A DNA stretch of 64,000 bases from Carcharhinus amblyrhynchos (lineage: Eukaryota). The translations under genes were made by a program, and so were the position numbers. The notes beneath the pieces are model-generated. The model did not search any database and was not told where the DNA came from. It was given only the letters and a program-made list of their open reading frames with translations. Where the stretch lies: assembly GCA_965287045.1 (NCBI GenBank), contig OZ336870.1:108128001-108192000 (forward strand), in the 5' to 3' direction. This document shows, piece after piece, positions 24,299 through 37,160 of the stretch (position 1 is its first letter; the number at the start of each line of letters is the position of its first letter).

Positions 24299-24974
24299 GG
24301 AATATATCTGTGTAAACTTGCACTATGACCATATACCTCAAGCATTGTTATGAACACCAATCATGTAATTACATTTCTTGAGTATATTTATGTACACAGA
24401 ATTGTGACAATACTCCTTGGGTACATCTGTGTACACCAGCACTGTGACTACAATCCCGGAGTTGGAAACAAATATTACAAGGGGCCACGGGCTTAGGGTG
24501 AGGGGGCGAGGTATAATTCAGATGTTAGAGGGAGGTTTTTCACACAGAGGGTTGTGGGGGTATGGAAATGCACTGCCAAGTAAGGTGGTGGAGGCAGGCA
24601 CGCTGGAGCTGTTTAAGGGATACTTAGATAGGCACATGAGTGGAATAGAGATGGAGGGATATAGGAGACTGCTTTAAATAAGGATCAAGAGTCTTGCGAC
24701 GTCCCTGGGAATCAATTGATTCCTATGGACCTTCCAACATATTTTCTGGCTCACTTGTTTTACTTTTGAGCTTCTGGGGATTCCCTTGAAAAGTTTGCAT
24801 AAAATGTGCACGTTATTGATGTTTTTCTCTTTTAATCTACAGATGCTTCGGTCCGCCTTGTTGCCCAACAAGGGGCATTCACGCGGTGGGTTGTGTGAGG
24901 GCTGCTCTTGGATGTTTCGAGAGTAGCCTAGTGCTTCACGTCGTTCGTGTATGCTTAAACTGGACCAGTTAATG

Positions 24975-25320
24975 GGCAACACAACAACTCAGTGGCTATC
25001 ACTGTTTGCTGTGCAGATACATGGATTTGGGCCAGTGTCTGTGGGAGTTTGCGTGTTCTCCCCGTGTTTGCGTGGGTTTTCTCCGGGTGCTCCAGTTTCC
25101 TCCCACACCCGAAAGGTGTGCTCTTAGGCTGATTGGTGTAACAAATTGTCCCCAAATTAGTCTCCCCTCAATCTGGTTTCCAATGTTGAGTGCCATAAGC
25201 ACAGACAAGGGTCATGGGTGGAAGAGGGGACTCACAATGTTGAAATGGCGGCGCAGGCTCGTTGGGCCGAAGGGCCTGTTTCCCGTGCTGTGTTGTTCTA
25301 TGTTCTTTGTTCTTTGTTCT
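24975..25320 (+). repeat. V-SINE (degenerate head, CR1-type tail)
   Basis: V domain ggagtttgcgtgttctccccgtg...tttcctcccaca. Confidence 0.75.
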
Positions 25321-25819
25321 ATATCTGTGTATACCAGCACCATTACTACAATTCTGGAATATATCTTTGTGCCAGCACTGTGTAACTACACTCCTCAGGA
25401 ATGTATGATTGTGAAAGATTGTGAATGAATGAATGTGAAAGATCAATATTATAGAGTGTATTTTTTCAGTCCTTCTGTGCTTGACTCATAATTCCAAAAA
25501 CTGAATGCAAGGTAATAAAATTTATAATATAAGATTTGTATTTGTTTGCATAGTAAGTGCCATTGAACACTGAATGTACAATTTTAATTATTTCCTGTTG
25601 TGCTGCTTCTATGAGGCAGCTTAATGTAGAACCATGGCAATATCTTAGTGTCTGATTTTAAGAAAGAGACTGGCCAAGATTTAGTTTGCAAATAGAAAGA
25701 ATTTCAACAGGATGTTGCAGCAGGATAGCAATGGAAAATCACTTGAAAAGAAAACCGGCATTAATTATTTCAACCTTACATAATAATGCAAATTGTTTGG
25801 CAGCATAGCCAGAGCATTT

Positions 25820-26085
25820 ATGAGGTGGTGATGTACTGCTTTTGTCATTGGGCTAGTAATCCAGAGACGCACGGGACCTGGGTTCGAATCCTGCTAGGGA
25901 GGCAGATGTTGGAGTTAGAATTCAATAAAAATCTGGAAGTAAAAGTCTAATGATGACCATTAAAAAACCATTGTTGTAAAAAATACCCATCTGTTTCTCT
26001 AATACCCTTTAGGCAAAGAAATCTGCCAACATGTGACTCCAGATCCACAGCAATGTGGTTGATTTGTGAAAATTGGATAAGGGAT
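25820..26085 (+). repeat. Second tRNA-derived SINE family
   Basis: B box gggttcgaatcc and body gaattcaataaaaatctggaa..aaagtctaatgatgacc shared with 36715-36975 and 48820-49030. Confidence 0.7.
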
Positions 26086-26790
26086 GAAACTAGACAAGTG
26101 AAACGGGGCATCAACCTAGACACTGGAAACAGTGGCAAATTCAGCCCTGGGGTCTGTGCCTGCAATAGCCTGACATAGTCATACTCACTGAGTTATTATA
26201 TTACAGATAATATCCCAGGGACTACCATCCCTGGGTGTGCCCTGTCCCACCAGAGGGAGAAACCCAGCAGAGGAAGTGACATGTGGTCCACAGTCGGGAG
26301 AGAGTTGCCCTGTGAATCCTCAACATTGACTCTGGACCTCATAAAGTCTCATGACACCAGGTCAAATGGGCAAAGAAACCGCCTACTGATTACCATGTAC
26401 TGCCTCCCATTGGCTGATGAATCAATATTCCTTCATGTCGAACAACACTTGGAGAAAATAATGAGGGTGGCAAGGATACAGAATGTATTCACGGGTGGGG
26501 GACTTCAATGTCCATCATCAAAGGTGGCTTGGTAGCACCATTACAGACCGAGCTGACTGAAAATGAAGGACATAGCTGCTAGGCTGGGCCTGCAACAGTG
26601 GTGAGGAAACTAACAAGAGGGACAAATCTCATCCTCAACATCCTGCCTGCCAGAAATGCACCTGTCCATGACAGTATCAGTAGGAGCTGCCACCCGACAA
26701 TACTTGTGAAGACAAACCCTCAATTTGAAGGTGGGGGGGGTATGTTCTATTGTGTTGTGTGGCTCTACACTCATGCTAAGTTATATAAAT
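26085..26790 (+). mobile_element. Degenerate LINE APE-endonuclease fragment
   Basis: VILTE-like, GDFNVHHQ (ggggacttcaatgtccatcatcaa) and QVVRKLTRG motifs across frameshifts. Confidence 0.6.
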
Positions 26791-27129
26791 TTTATTGTGC
26801 GTGAACTTGATTATGTTGTGGGCAGAGGATGGAGAAGGTTTCATTCTGAGACCTCCCCGGTGCAAATCCCGTCATGGTCCTCACATAAGAGTCAGCGGCC
26901 ATAATGGGATTTGTGCACATGTCAAACGGGCCTGAAAAATCCCAGCCTGAAGCTCAACTTAGATTTAATCCACCTTGAAAATCAAGAGAACAGAATTCCA
27001 ATAGTTTACCCTGGTGTCTGCAAACAGATTTTTTGTCACCCACCAAATTAAGTAGCACTGCTTGCCATGATTGCCACTGCTGGCAGAGTGGAAAATGCCA
27101 CCCACAACGTCATTTTTTTTTAGATATAT

Positions 27130-28080
27130 GTTGACAACACCTAACTCTACCTCATCACAACCTGTCTTTGATTCCTCCACTCCAAATTGTCAGACAAGTT
27201 GTTTGGCATCTCGTACTGGATGATCTAAAATTCTTCCAAGTAAACATGGGGAAAACCAAACCATTGGCAGAATTTTCCAGTCATTCCTGCCAGTGGTACC
27301 TGCTGATTCCGCTAACGCTAACCTCTCCACTGCAGGCTCCCTGGTGGGGAGGGTGTGAACAACAGGAAGCCCTGGCAGGACCAGAAGATCCCCATTCCTC
27401 TATCAGGATCTGAGGTTCAAATAGGCTGCTACTCATTTGCTGTCATATTGACCCCAGGATGAATTTCTGACCATGTGATGGCCATCACCTCTTTACCATC
27501 ACCTGACCCCATCCCTGGCCTAGATCATCTGCTGCTGAAACTCTCACCAATTACTTTGTAACTTCTGGACTGGACAATTCCGATACACGCCTGGCCGACC
27601 TCCCATAATCTACCCTGCATCTATTCCTAGTTTCTATGTTTCTGCAAACTTAAACTCATCTGCAGAAACTTTGCTGCCTTAGTCCTGTCTTGCCCCATAT
27701 CCTCTTGACCCACTATCCCTGTCCTTGCTGACCTACATTGGTTCCAGGTTAAGCAATTCTTGATTTTAAAAATTTCATCTTTGTTTTCAAATACCTCCAT
27801 GGTCCAGCCCTCCCTAGCTCTGTAATCTCTTTCAAGCCCGTGAGCCTCAAAGACATATGCACTCTTCCAATCTAGCCTCTTGAGCATCTTCGATTTTAAC
27901 TGTTCCACAATAGCTGGACATACCTTCAGCAGCCAAGATCCAAGCTCTAAATCCCTCTCTAAACTCTCCATATCTCCTCCTCTTTTAAGATACTCCTCAA
28001 AACATAGCTCTGAAACTAACCTTTTGGTCTTCTACCTTAATATCACCTAGTGTCAAATTTTGCTATGTTAAAGTCCCTAT
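27130..28080 (+). mobile_element. L2 LINE 3' fragment, with a small MITE fragment at about 27268-27400
   Basis: LNMGKT-like, FVTSGLDNS, LADLHWFQV motifs and an L2-type tail tgctatgttaaag...tatatgaatcaaagttgt. Confidence 0.65.
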
Positions 28081-28829
28081 ATGAATCAAAGTTGTACACT
28101 GAAATAATTTTGCAGCCTACAGCTCGCTCTCACTGCCATTATTCCCTGCTGAACCTGTGATCAGCCCTGTGGTTTGACTGGTTTTGCAGCTTCAACTGCA
28201 GGATGGTTCCTGGCCAATGATTCATCTTCCTGGGATGACACACATTTCTCCACCCATGCTAGTGTTTTTTTCTGCTGCAATCAACTCTGCACAGCCCCTT
28301 GATTTTCATACCTCAATCAGTATGTCATGTTTAATTAGTTACTGGACTTCCCTCTCCTGCCACCCCCTTGTCTGAACTTTATTAACACTCCTTGATACTC
28401 TATGCCTATTCCATCCTATCTATATCAATGTTACCTCACCATGGAACTTCTGCTTTTAACTCTTGATGCCTTCTTATAGTCTGAGTCCTATTCCCTATTC
28501 AGGATATATGTATCTGAGTAATTGGTACATAAACAGAACTCAAGTAACTCGAGTTTCCCCTATGTTTTTTCACATACACATTTGGGCAGCTGCTCTGTAT
28601 TTGAGCCCATCACTTCCATTTTCAATAATTTTCTCTCCCCATTTTTATTATTTTCTTTACCTTTCCCAGACTCCTCTCTCCTGTCATCATGCCTCCTTTA
28701 TTTCTCCATACTCTACCCTCCCAAATCCGTATGCTAACCCTAAAGCACTCCTCAACCTTCTGTCCTGCCACTTTCCTGGGTTTGATTTCCCCTTGGATAA
28801 GCCTGCAGTTCCCACTGTCCCTTCTTGGC

Positions 28830-30250
28830 GTTCTCCAAAGAGCCAGTTGAAACCTTCATTGCTGCCTTCTTACCAGCAACTCCAACTTACTCTGTCACTA
28901 ACATTCCAGCCCAGTGCGCCCACTGGGGGCTAATCTTGCCAATCCCCATCCCGTCTAGTTCACCACTCTCAGTGAAGACCCTATGGATTCTGCCAGCACA
29001 TCAGTTCTCATTGCCTCTCTCTGGATCTCCTGACAGAATATCAGTTCATATGTGAACAAGGCACTTGTCAACCAGAGTTCATTGGGCACAATTGCATTGA
29101 AATCATGGCCTTGGTGGAAGCCTGTCTGAGGGATGATGACACCTTCCCCCTAAATGAAAACTTCCTGTTCGGCTATACCTTCCACCCCCACGCCTTGCCC
29201 AGATTGCCACTGTGGTGATGTGCCTCTTATCACCAGATCACAGCTTGCTGTCTCTTTATACTCTTCTGGCGCTTTCTCTTCCTCTGAAAAAAAACTTCAC
29301 GAAGGGAAGTGACGACCTCGTGGTATTGTCGCTAGACTATTAATTCAAAAACTCAGCTAATGTTTGGGCAGCACAGTAGCACAGTGGTTAGTACTGCTGC
29401 TTCACAGCTCCAGAAACCTGGGTTCGATTCCTGGCTTGGGTCACTGTCTGTGTGGAGTTTGCACATTCTCCTTGTGTCTGTGCGGGTTTCCTCCGATTTC
29501 CTCCCACAGTCCAAAAATGTGTGGGTTAGGTTGACTAGCCATGCTAAAATTGCCCCTTAGTGTCCTGAGATGTGTAGGTTAGAGGGATTAGCAGGTAAAT
29601 ATGGGGGTAGGCCCTGGGTGGGATTGTGGTCAGTGCAGACTCGATAGGCCCAATGGCCTCTTTCTGTATTGTAGGGTTTCTATCATTCTATGAACTTCTC
29701 ACCTCCTTGCAGCTTATTTAAAATTCTCATTCTTTGTCACCCATCCAAGCAACATAAAGATTTTCTCATTAAAATATCTTCAGTGCTTTCCTCCAACAGC
29801 TGCTGTACTGATTACTTCTCACACTTGATTATTTCAATTTGTATCTCAATTCATCTTGCCCTCTCTCCTCTAGGTTCTCTGCCTTTTTATCCTCCTTTCA
29901 TCTCTCCCTCCATGTGAACTATCCAATTCATAATCCTACCTACCTGCTTGTTGCTCTTATCATATCAATCAAATGAGGCTATGTCAAAGAAAATTTCTTT
30001 GCATCGCTGTCCAGTCACAATAGCCTTTACCATCCCAACCCTATCTCTGTCTGTGTCCAATCTGGGAGAAAAAATACTCCCCGTTTACTTAAAAGTGCAT
30101 TTTTGAAATCCCAACTGTTCAGCCTTTGGCTCTCCAATCATCATGACATTTCTGCAGCTACTGATCTGCTCAACCAGGTCCTTAGCTTCATTTCTGATGC
30201 TCCATTCCCAATTAAAACCATTACTTTCTCACACCCTGACTGTTCCTCCA
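28830..30250 (+). mobile_element. Degenerate L2-like endonuclease region, interrupted by SINEs at 29303-29692
   Basis: Pyrimidine-rich; cagaatatc..gtgaacaaggc (QNxRSLVNK-like), IMALVEA, GYTFH motifs. Confidence 0.5.
29303..29692 (+). repeat. V-SINE preceded by a second tRNA-like SINE head
   Basis: gtggtattgtcgctagact head at 29303-29362, then a full V-SINE at 29366-29692. Confidence 0.8.
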
Positions 30251-31249
30251 GGAAACAAAGAACAAAGAACAACACAGCATGGGAAACAGACCCTTTGACC
30301 CAAAGAGCCCACACTGCCATTTCTTCAGCTCCACTTCTGAAGTCCAAGAATTACATCCTTTGGGGGATCCAAATATTTTGCTCTGAAGAGGTGAGTCTGT
30401 GATTATCATATTTAAGTAGTTGTTGTTCCAATTTGGCAGCTATTTAAATTTAAACATGGCAGCTAAAGTGAGGTGAAGGCTGCCAGCTCCAGCAGGTAAG
30501 TGCTTGTGGGCCACACATAGATAACCTGGCTGTGGCTTTTCACTTTCTGCACTGTACAGGTTCTATGAATACATTACTGTTTAGTGTTAATACCGTTGTT
30601 ATCATATGACCTCCTACCATCACCTGCCTCGCCCCCAGACTCCTGCCAGTAGTTATCAAACATGTCAATCTTAACAGGCTCCGCCTTCCCAATGTGGCCT
30701 GGTTTTGACTTCTGAAAATCTGGTCAGCCTAACTTCCTAACTTTCCCTCTTATGACTTTACATTCAACCCTGCCTGTGCATAAATTGCCTGTCGCCAATC
30801 CTCTGGTGTTTCTACTGTGACCTAAATTTCTGTACTCAGAAACCTACTGCACCTGTTTTCTGCTGGTCCTGATGTGTCTTGGCACCTTTGCTCTTTACCG
30901 GATACTCAGTGAGAAAAAGAATTCCTTTCCCCAGCTGATCAAAGAAACACAAAGCGTCACCAAAATTATAATATTCATTTTTTGCTGCGCAACAAACTAG
31001 TGCAATGCCAAATTTGAATTTCCTTCCTACCACTGAGTACTTTATCTTACCTCCATTAAACTGGAGCTAATGGGAAGCAGAGAGTTCCTTAGAGGTGTCA
31101 GTCAGATTGGAAGGGATAACTTGTCAGGTACCACACTTATGTGCCTCCTGATAGGCAACCAAGAGTTACACTTATTGGCTGATCAATGCATGTGATCATG
31201 AGAAGAAACTTGTGTTGTTAATAATTACAGTACAACAGGGGAGCCAAAG

Positions 31250-31870
31250 GTTATCGAGAGTAGACAGAATGTGGAATTGATGCCACAATCAGATCAGCCA
31301 TGTTGTATGGCAGAGCACACTCAAGAAGCCAAATGTCCTACTCATTCTCCTAATTTGTATGTTCATATATACGTTCATTATAAAAAGGATATTATTAAAC
31401 AAGAAAGAATACAGAAAACATTTACTAGGATGCTACTGGGACTTGCTGGTTTGAGTTATAAGGAGAAATTCAGTAGACTGGGACTTTTTTCTCTGGAGTG
31501 TAGGAAACTTAGGGTGATCTTATAGAGGTCTACAAAATAATGAGGGGTATAGATCGGCTAGATAATCAATATCTTGTCACAAAGGCAGGGGAGTCTAAAA
31601 TTAGAGCGCATAGGTTTAAGGTGAGAGGGCAGGGCAACTTTTTTCACACAGAGGGTGATGAGTGTCTGGAACAAACTGCCAGAGGTAGTGGTAGAGGCGG
31701 GTACAATACATTTTTTAAAAGGCATTTAGACAGTTTCATGGGTAAGATGGATATAGAGGGATGTGGGCCAAATATGGGCAATTGGGACTAGCTTAGTGGT
31801 TTAAAAAAAGGGACAACATGGACAAATTGCTGAAGGGTCTGTTTCCATGCTGTAAATCTCTATGACTGTG
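31250..31870 (+). mobile_element. CR1 fragments (a 3' tail followed by an RT C-terminal fragment)
   Basis: ERIQKTFTRMLLGLAGLSYKEKFSRLGLFSLE motif and CR1 tail. Confidence 0.75.
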
Positions 31871-32769
31871 TATGTTCATATAAAAAGGGTTTATGGAAAG
31901 TAACATCTCTTAAAATAATTGAAAAGAACAGTCTGATAGCATTGACATCTTTCACTATATGTATAAACATTGCTGTATTAGACTCAGTACCTGTAACCAT
32001 TTTAGGAATGTATATTGAGTAAAACTTTTTAAAATGGAATGTTATCGGTCCAGTAAAGGTGAATATAATGTTCTTTTTATTGCTTGTTATTCAATATGTG
32101 CATGTTTACTGTCCCATCATTACTTACAATGGATCTTCTGTCATTTATTAAGTAATTTAATGACAGAGAATCAGATTCATACATTCGTCATCATAATCAT
32201 ATTTTTCAAAGCAGACTATCTAAAAGTAAAGAAATTTACTCTAACCACAGGCCATGTTGTTCTTACCATTAATGATTTGTAATATAAGAAAACATGGAAC
32301 AATAAAGTTAACTTGGCCCCTTCAGACCTATTCCTCCCACAAAGCATGTACAATCTGTTCTATCACAACCCAAGCCATTTAATCTCCCTGGGAGAAGTCT
32401 GCAAAATTTCCTTGCAGCCTCCCAAAAGTAAACTGAGCAAAATCTCAGAATTGATCTAACTTCACAGCCTTGGAGCAGCTGCTTTCTTTGGCATAATATT
32501 CTTCTTTTCTCGCAGTAATCGTTCTCAGGATTTTGATGCCGAGATTTCTGGAATAGTTCTGGCACTCATGGAAATCATTATCACAGCTGTTACAGAGACT
32601 GATTTTGTTGTCAGAGTTGACGTTAAAGATACTCTTGAAACGATTAATCTACACTCAGCTTTTACTCCTTCCTAGTCCATTTAATAGTCCCCAGTCTGCT
32701 TCACCTATTGCTGCTGATGCCAAGTCCACATGGGTCTTAGGCATAAAGAACAGTTATTAACACTGACCT

Positions 32770-33078
32770 GAGCAGCAACTGTAGCACAGTGGTTAGCATT
32801 GCTGCCTCACAGCACCAAGGGCCCGGGTTTGATTCTCAGCTTGGGTCACTGTCTGCATGGAGTTTGCATGTTCTCCCCGTGTCTGCATGGGTTTCCTTCG
32901 GGTGCTCTGGTTTCCTCCCACAGTCCGAAAGACGTGCTGGTTAGGTGGATTGGCTATGCTAAATTTTCCCTCAATGTGCCCAAACAGGTACCAGAGTGTG
33001 ATGACTGGGATTTTCACAGTAGCTTAATTGCAGTGTTAACGTAAGCATACTTGTGGCATGAATAAATAAAATAATAAA
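32770..33078 (+). repeat. V-SINE variant
   Basis: A/B boxes, V domain, ggattttcacagt...aataaataaa tail. Confidence 0.85.
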
Positions 33079-33864
33079 AAAACAGTGTTTAATAAAGAAG
33101 CAAACCTTTTGACTATGGGTAGGATTGGTTTGAGATGTTTGAGAGACCTCTGGAAGAGCTGTGGTGGCCACACATTGAAAGGATGGGTTTTTAAACTTCT
33201 GACAATTCCCACACATGCATCCATCTGAAAAATTCTGAAATTGTCATGCAGCGTATTGCAACTTGGTAAACTAGGCACTGTTTATTAGCCTTGGCTCACT
33301 GGGAACAATACAATAAATGAAGTGGGAATTTTCAATTCCATCCAGCTATGGATTCTCTAATCTGATGCAATAATGCCACCAGAGTCCAGATTGAATACAA
33401 TCTCAATCCTTGTTTTGATAGGATTAGTAGAAGCATCTCTCTCTGACACTCTCCCTCTTTAATGGCTTTGTTATTGGGATTATTGGCTCACCGTTGCAGG
33501 GATGGCTGGCCTTCATGAATCTGGGAGATTTATTTTGGGATTTCCGTTGGCTGCTTAACATTTGGGTATTAGGACTCAACACATTTGGACTCCACAATAT
33601 CAAAAAGCTATACTGTATGCTTGTTCTCACTCTTACTTACAACTTATAACTGTGCGAATGAGAATGAACACACTCATGAGTACATCATCACAGGAAGTGA
33701 GGCAATGTGTCGTGATCTTGCTTTCTCTTATGGTTAAACATAGACACAGTAAGAGATGTTCCAATAAAGTTTCCTTACTGCAGCAGACTCCATAAAGATT
33801 CTGTATTAACACAATGAGACCACGAATATTATAAAAAATATTTTAATTTATATTTGAAATTTGA

Positions 33865-34050
33865 TCTGAAATAAAAACGGAAAATGCTGGAAAAAGGTTG
33901 GAACATCTGAGTTGACAGAAACAAAGTTTACTTTTATTTGTCAATGGTCATGATCTCCCATCATTGGGTTCTCGTTTCCATAGATATTGTCTGACCTGCT
34001 GAGAATTTCCAGCATTTTTTTGTTTCTTTTTACTTTTCCAGCAGTTGTAA
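33865..34050. mobile_element. Degenerate Penelope-derived inverted-repeat element
   Basis: aaaatgctggaaa ... gacctgctgagaatttccagcatttt inverted pair. Confidence 0.5.
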
Positions 34051-34593
34051 TATTATGCTTTTAGATTTTTATTTGGCTGCTTTTATCTATTTGTGAAGAA
34101 CTGACATGTCTAGGCATGTATCTCAGTGACACCGAACAGAAACATGCAATTGGTACACACTTCAATCTGGCCTGTAATAAAAGAAATGATACAATGTTTC
34201 TGCTCACCCTCTCCCACCCCACTTTCCAAAACAAATCCTGATTGCCTTTTTCCACTTATTGATAATTGAGTATTTGGTCATGATGTATTTGCATTTAATT
34301 TATTAGGGAAAACTTCAGCAAAACCAGTCATGCCTGATTTTAGCAACTCTATATTTACTGCTTATCTGCTCCATTGCAGGCATGTAGGTGTTTAATAACA
34401 CTGATGACTAATTAAGAGTGACAAATCACTATGTTATGGTCCTTATTCTGTTCTTAACATGTCAATCATACTTGATGGATAATAATGGATGACATAAACT
34501 TTAAATAATACTTAGGTCCATTAATTCTCTTTTTCAGATGGGTTAATCTACTCTAAAACTATAAATTTCAGTACAACATTTAGTGTTACAAGA

Positions 34594-34802
34594 TGGGATT
34601 TTCCAGCCCCCCCGCAGCGTGTTCTCCAGCAGCAGAGGCGACTCACCATTGGCCACCAGCAGGATCTTCTGGTCCTGCCAATGTCCATGGTACTTTGCGT
34701 GGCATGCTAATCCTGCCACTGGGGAATCCACTATGGGGGTGGTGTGGTTTGCCTTCAACAGGACTGGAAGATCCTGCTAGTGGGAAAAACTGGAAAATCC
34801 CA
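34594..34802. mobile_element. MITE (PIF/Harbinger-like)
   Basis: 13-bp TIR TGGGATTTTCCAG / CTGGAAAATCCCA plus an internal inverted pair gcaggatcttctggtcctg / caggactggaagatcctgc. Confidence 0.65.
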
Positions 34803-35259
34803 CCCATTGTGTCCTAAAAAGTGGCAAACATTTATAGCCATTGGGCACTATTCCCTCCAAAACCTTATATTTTGTGCAACCAATTTTTTTTTAATGCGTC
34901 AAATCTTCAAAATTTTTGTGTGACTGCACAGGCATGGCATTTAATACAGAACCATGTACATGCGCAGCTTAGTGAAAACATTAGCACTAGTCATGTTTCA
35001 AAGAAGAAACTTGACAAAATCGTTCAAATATCTATTTTTGTCTTTTTGAAAACCATCTACAGGATGTGAGCAAGGCCAGAGTTTATGAGCCACAATTAAA
35101 TGGTGATTAGCCTTTTTGATTGCAGCTCAGTAAGTTATTAGGCCATGAAAGAAAGCTGTTAAGTGTCAGCTGCATTATTACAGATTGGCTGATCTTCTTC
35201 CTGAGAGGACATCAGTAAAGCAATTGAGTTTTGATGACAATCCAATCCAATAGCTTCAT

Positions 35260-35950
35260 AGGGTGGGATTCTCTCATATTGAGACTAAGTGCAGTGGCAG
35301 GGGTAGGAATATGGAGTGTTTCCCACTGCAGAAGCTGGTGGTGCTTGAAGACTCGAGCAGAGGCCGGTTTGCGGGCTCCCCACTGGGCGCCATGGCTTCT
35401 GCGCTTCCCTGGCAGCCGATTTCTGACACGATCAGTTCCATGCCAGAAATCGGTGCAGAGCTGCATAATTTATTTAAATTATCTTTTAAATTTAGTTTAA
35501 ATAGCATTAGCGGGCCCAGGACTAAAATCTCCGGGCCTGCTAGCCTGCCAACAACTACCCTCCCCTCTCCCACTCCCATCAGGAGTGGTTCATTCCAGCA
35601 GAGCTTAGTGTAGCTCCCCACTAGTGGGGACTTGGTGGCCAGACCCCACTGGAATGAACCACTACTGGCAGGGTGAGTGGGCGGGGGGGGGAGGTGCAGA
35701 GGCTAGAGGAGCCTTAAGGTTCCCCCCCCCCACCCCCCCCCCCCAGAAGATCAGGCAACAAGGGGTGCCCTTTGGGCATTGCCACCTTGGCAGTACCAGC
35801 CTGGGCCCCTGGCACTGCCCAAGGGGCAAAGTGCCAATGCCCAGGGACACCTTCACACTGTCCACTAGGCATAGGGGATGGTGGGACCTGATGGGGCAGG
35901 GCCCCTGGGGAGTGGGAGTGGTGGGTGGTCCCACTGCTATTCTGCATTTG
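35260..35950. mobile_element. GC-rich remnant of a larger MITE/Harbinger-like element
   Basis: Starts gggtgggattctc like the other MITEs; contains internal inverted repeats (gtggttcattccag / ctggaatgaaccac; gggcattgccacc / gtgccaatgccc). Confidence 0.4.
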
Positions 35951-35974
35951 GGCTGAGTGACAGAAGGAGGGAGG

Positions 35975-36266
35975 CCAGCGCCAGGGATCCAGGTTCAATT
36001 TCCCGCTTGGGTCGCTGTCTGTGTGGAGTTTGTACTTTCTCCCCTTATCAGCGTGCGTTTCCTCCAGGTGCTCTGGTTTCTCCCCACAGTCCAGAAGATG
36101 TACTGGTTAGTTGAATTGGCCATACTAAATTGCCCCTTAGTGTCAGGGTGGCTAGCTAGAGTAAATGCGTGGGGTTATGGGGATAGCACCTAGGTGGGAC
36201 TGTGGTCGGTGCAGACTTGATGGGCCGAATGGCCATCTTCCACACTGTAGGATTCTACAATTCTAT
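35975..36266 (+). repeat. V-SINE
   Basis: B box, V domain, tail. Confidence 0.8.
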
Positions 36267-36269
36267 GAA

Positions 36270-37160
36270 AGGAGTCAGAGAAGGAGGAATCAAGACAAGT
36301 ACAAAGCACAGTAAGATGAATAAGAAAAGGGATAGGCAGAGAAATCAAGGGCCAGAATCAAACACAGTGAAAAATAATGGGAACGGGACAAGCAATGTTA
36401 AAAAGACAAGTCTTAAATCTTTATGCCTCAATACACAGGACATTCTCGAAACATGGATGAATTGATTGCAGAAACAGACGTATGGATATGATATAGTCGG
36501 GATTACGGGGACATGGCTGCAGGGTGACCAGGACGGGAACTGAACATCCAGGAGCATTCTAGACAAGAAGGAAAAGGTGGTGGGTTTGCACTGCTGGGCA
36601 AAGAGGAAATTAATGCAATAGTGAGGAAAAATATTCACTCTATCGATATGGAATCTGTATGGATAGAGCTGAGAAACACTAAGGGACAAAAAATATTAGT
36701 GGAGTTTATATAAGGGAGGCAGTGGCATAGTGGTATTGTCACTAGACTTGTAATTCAGAGATCCAGGGACTTGGGTTCAAATCCCACCATGGTAAATGTT
36801 GAAATTTGAATTCAATACTAATCTGGAATTAAAAGTCTAACAATGACTATGAAATCATTGTTGTTTGCTGCTTAGGGAAGGAAATCTGTCACCCTAACCT
36901 GGTTTGGCCTATATGTGCTTCTAGATGGTTGCCATCAGGGAATGCCCAGCCAATGGTGCCAAAGTGGTGTCCATACCATGGCTTACAAGGAAAATTAAAG
37001 GTAGTATCAGATCCGAGCAAGAGGTGTACAAATGGACCAGAAAAGAATCCCACAAGGAAGAAAAAGGTCTGGATTTAAGAAGGGAAAAACAGAGTTTGAG
37101 AGTAAGCGTGTGGGGTATAAAAACAGGTAGTGAAAGTTTCTACAGGTATGTGAAGTGAGT
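36270..37160 (+). mobile_element. Old CR1 ORF2 5' (endonuclease) fragment interrupted by a SINE
   Basis: LKSLCLNT, YDIVGITGTWLQGDQ, ESVWIELRNTKG, PWLTRKIK motifs. Confidence 0.7.
36715..36975 (+). repeat. Second tRNA-derived SINE family
   Basis: gtggcatagtggtattgtc A box, gggttcaaatccc B box, shared body. Confidence 0.75.

Larger units (their letters stand above)
22560..25460. repeat. Degenerate ~40-bp tandem repeat in three blocks (22560-22808, 24299-24460, 25321-25460)
   Basis: Recurring unit approximately ggagtatatctgtgtacaccagcactgtgactacactcct. Confidence 0.55.

Noticed and set aside
22560-25460. CRISPR-like array
   Set aside because: Vertebrate DNA; units are degenerate tandem repeats with no constant repeat/unique spacer pattern and no cas genes.
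35670-35745. G-run/C-run tracts as a functional G-quadruplex switch
   Set aside because: They lie within a GC-rich transposon remnant far from any promoter, and homopolymer lengths are error-prone.
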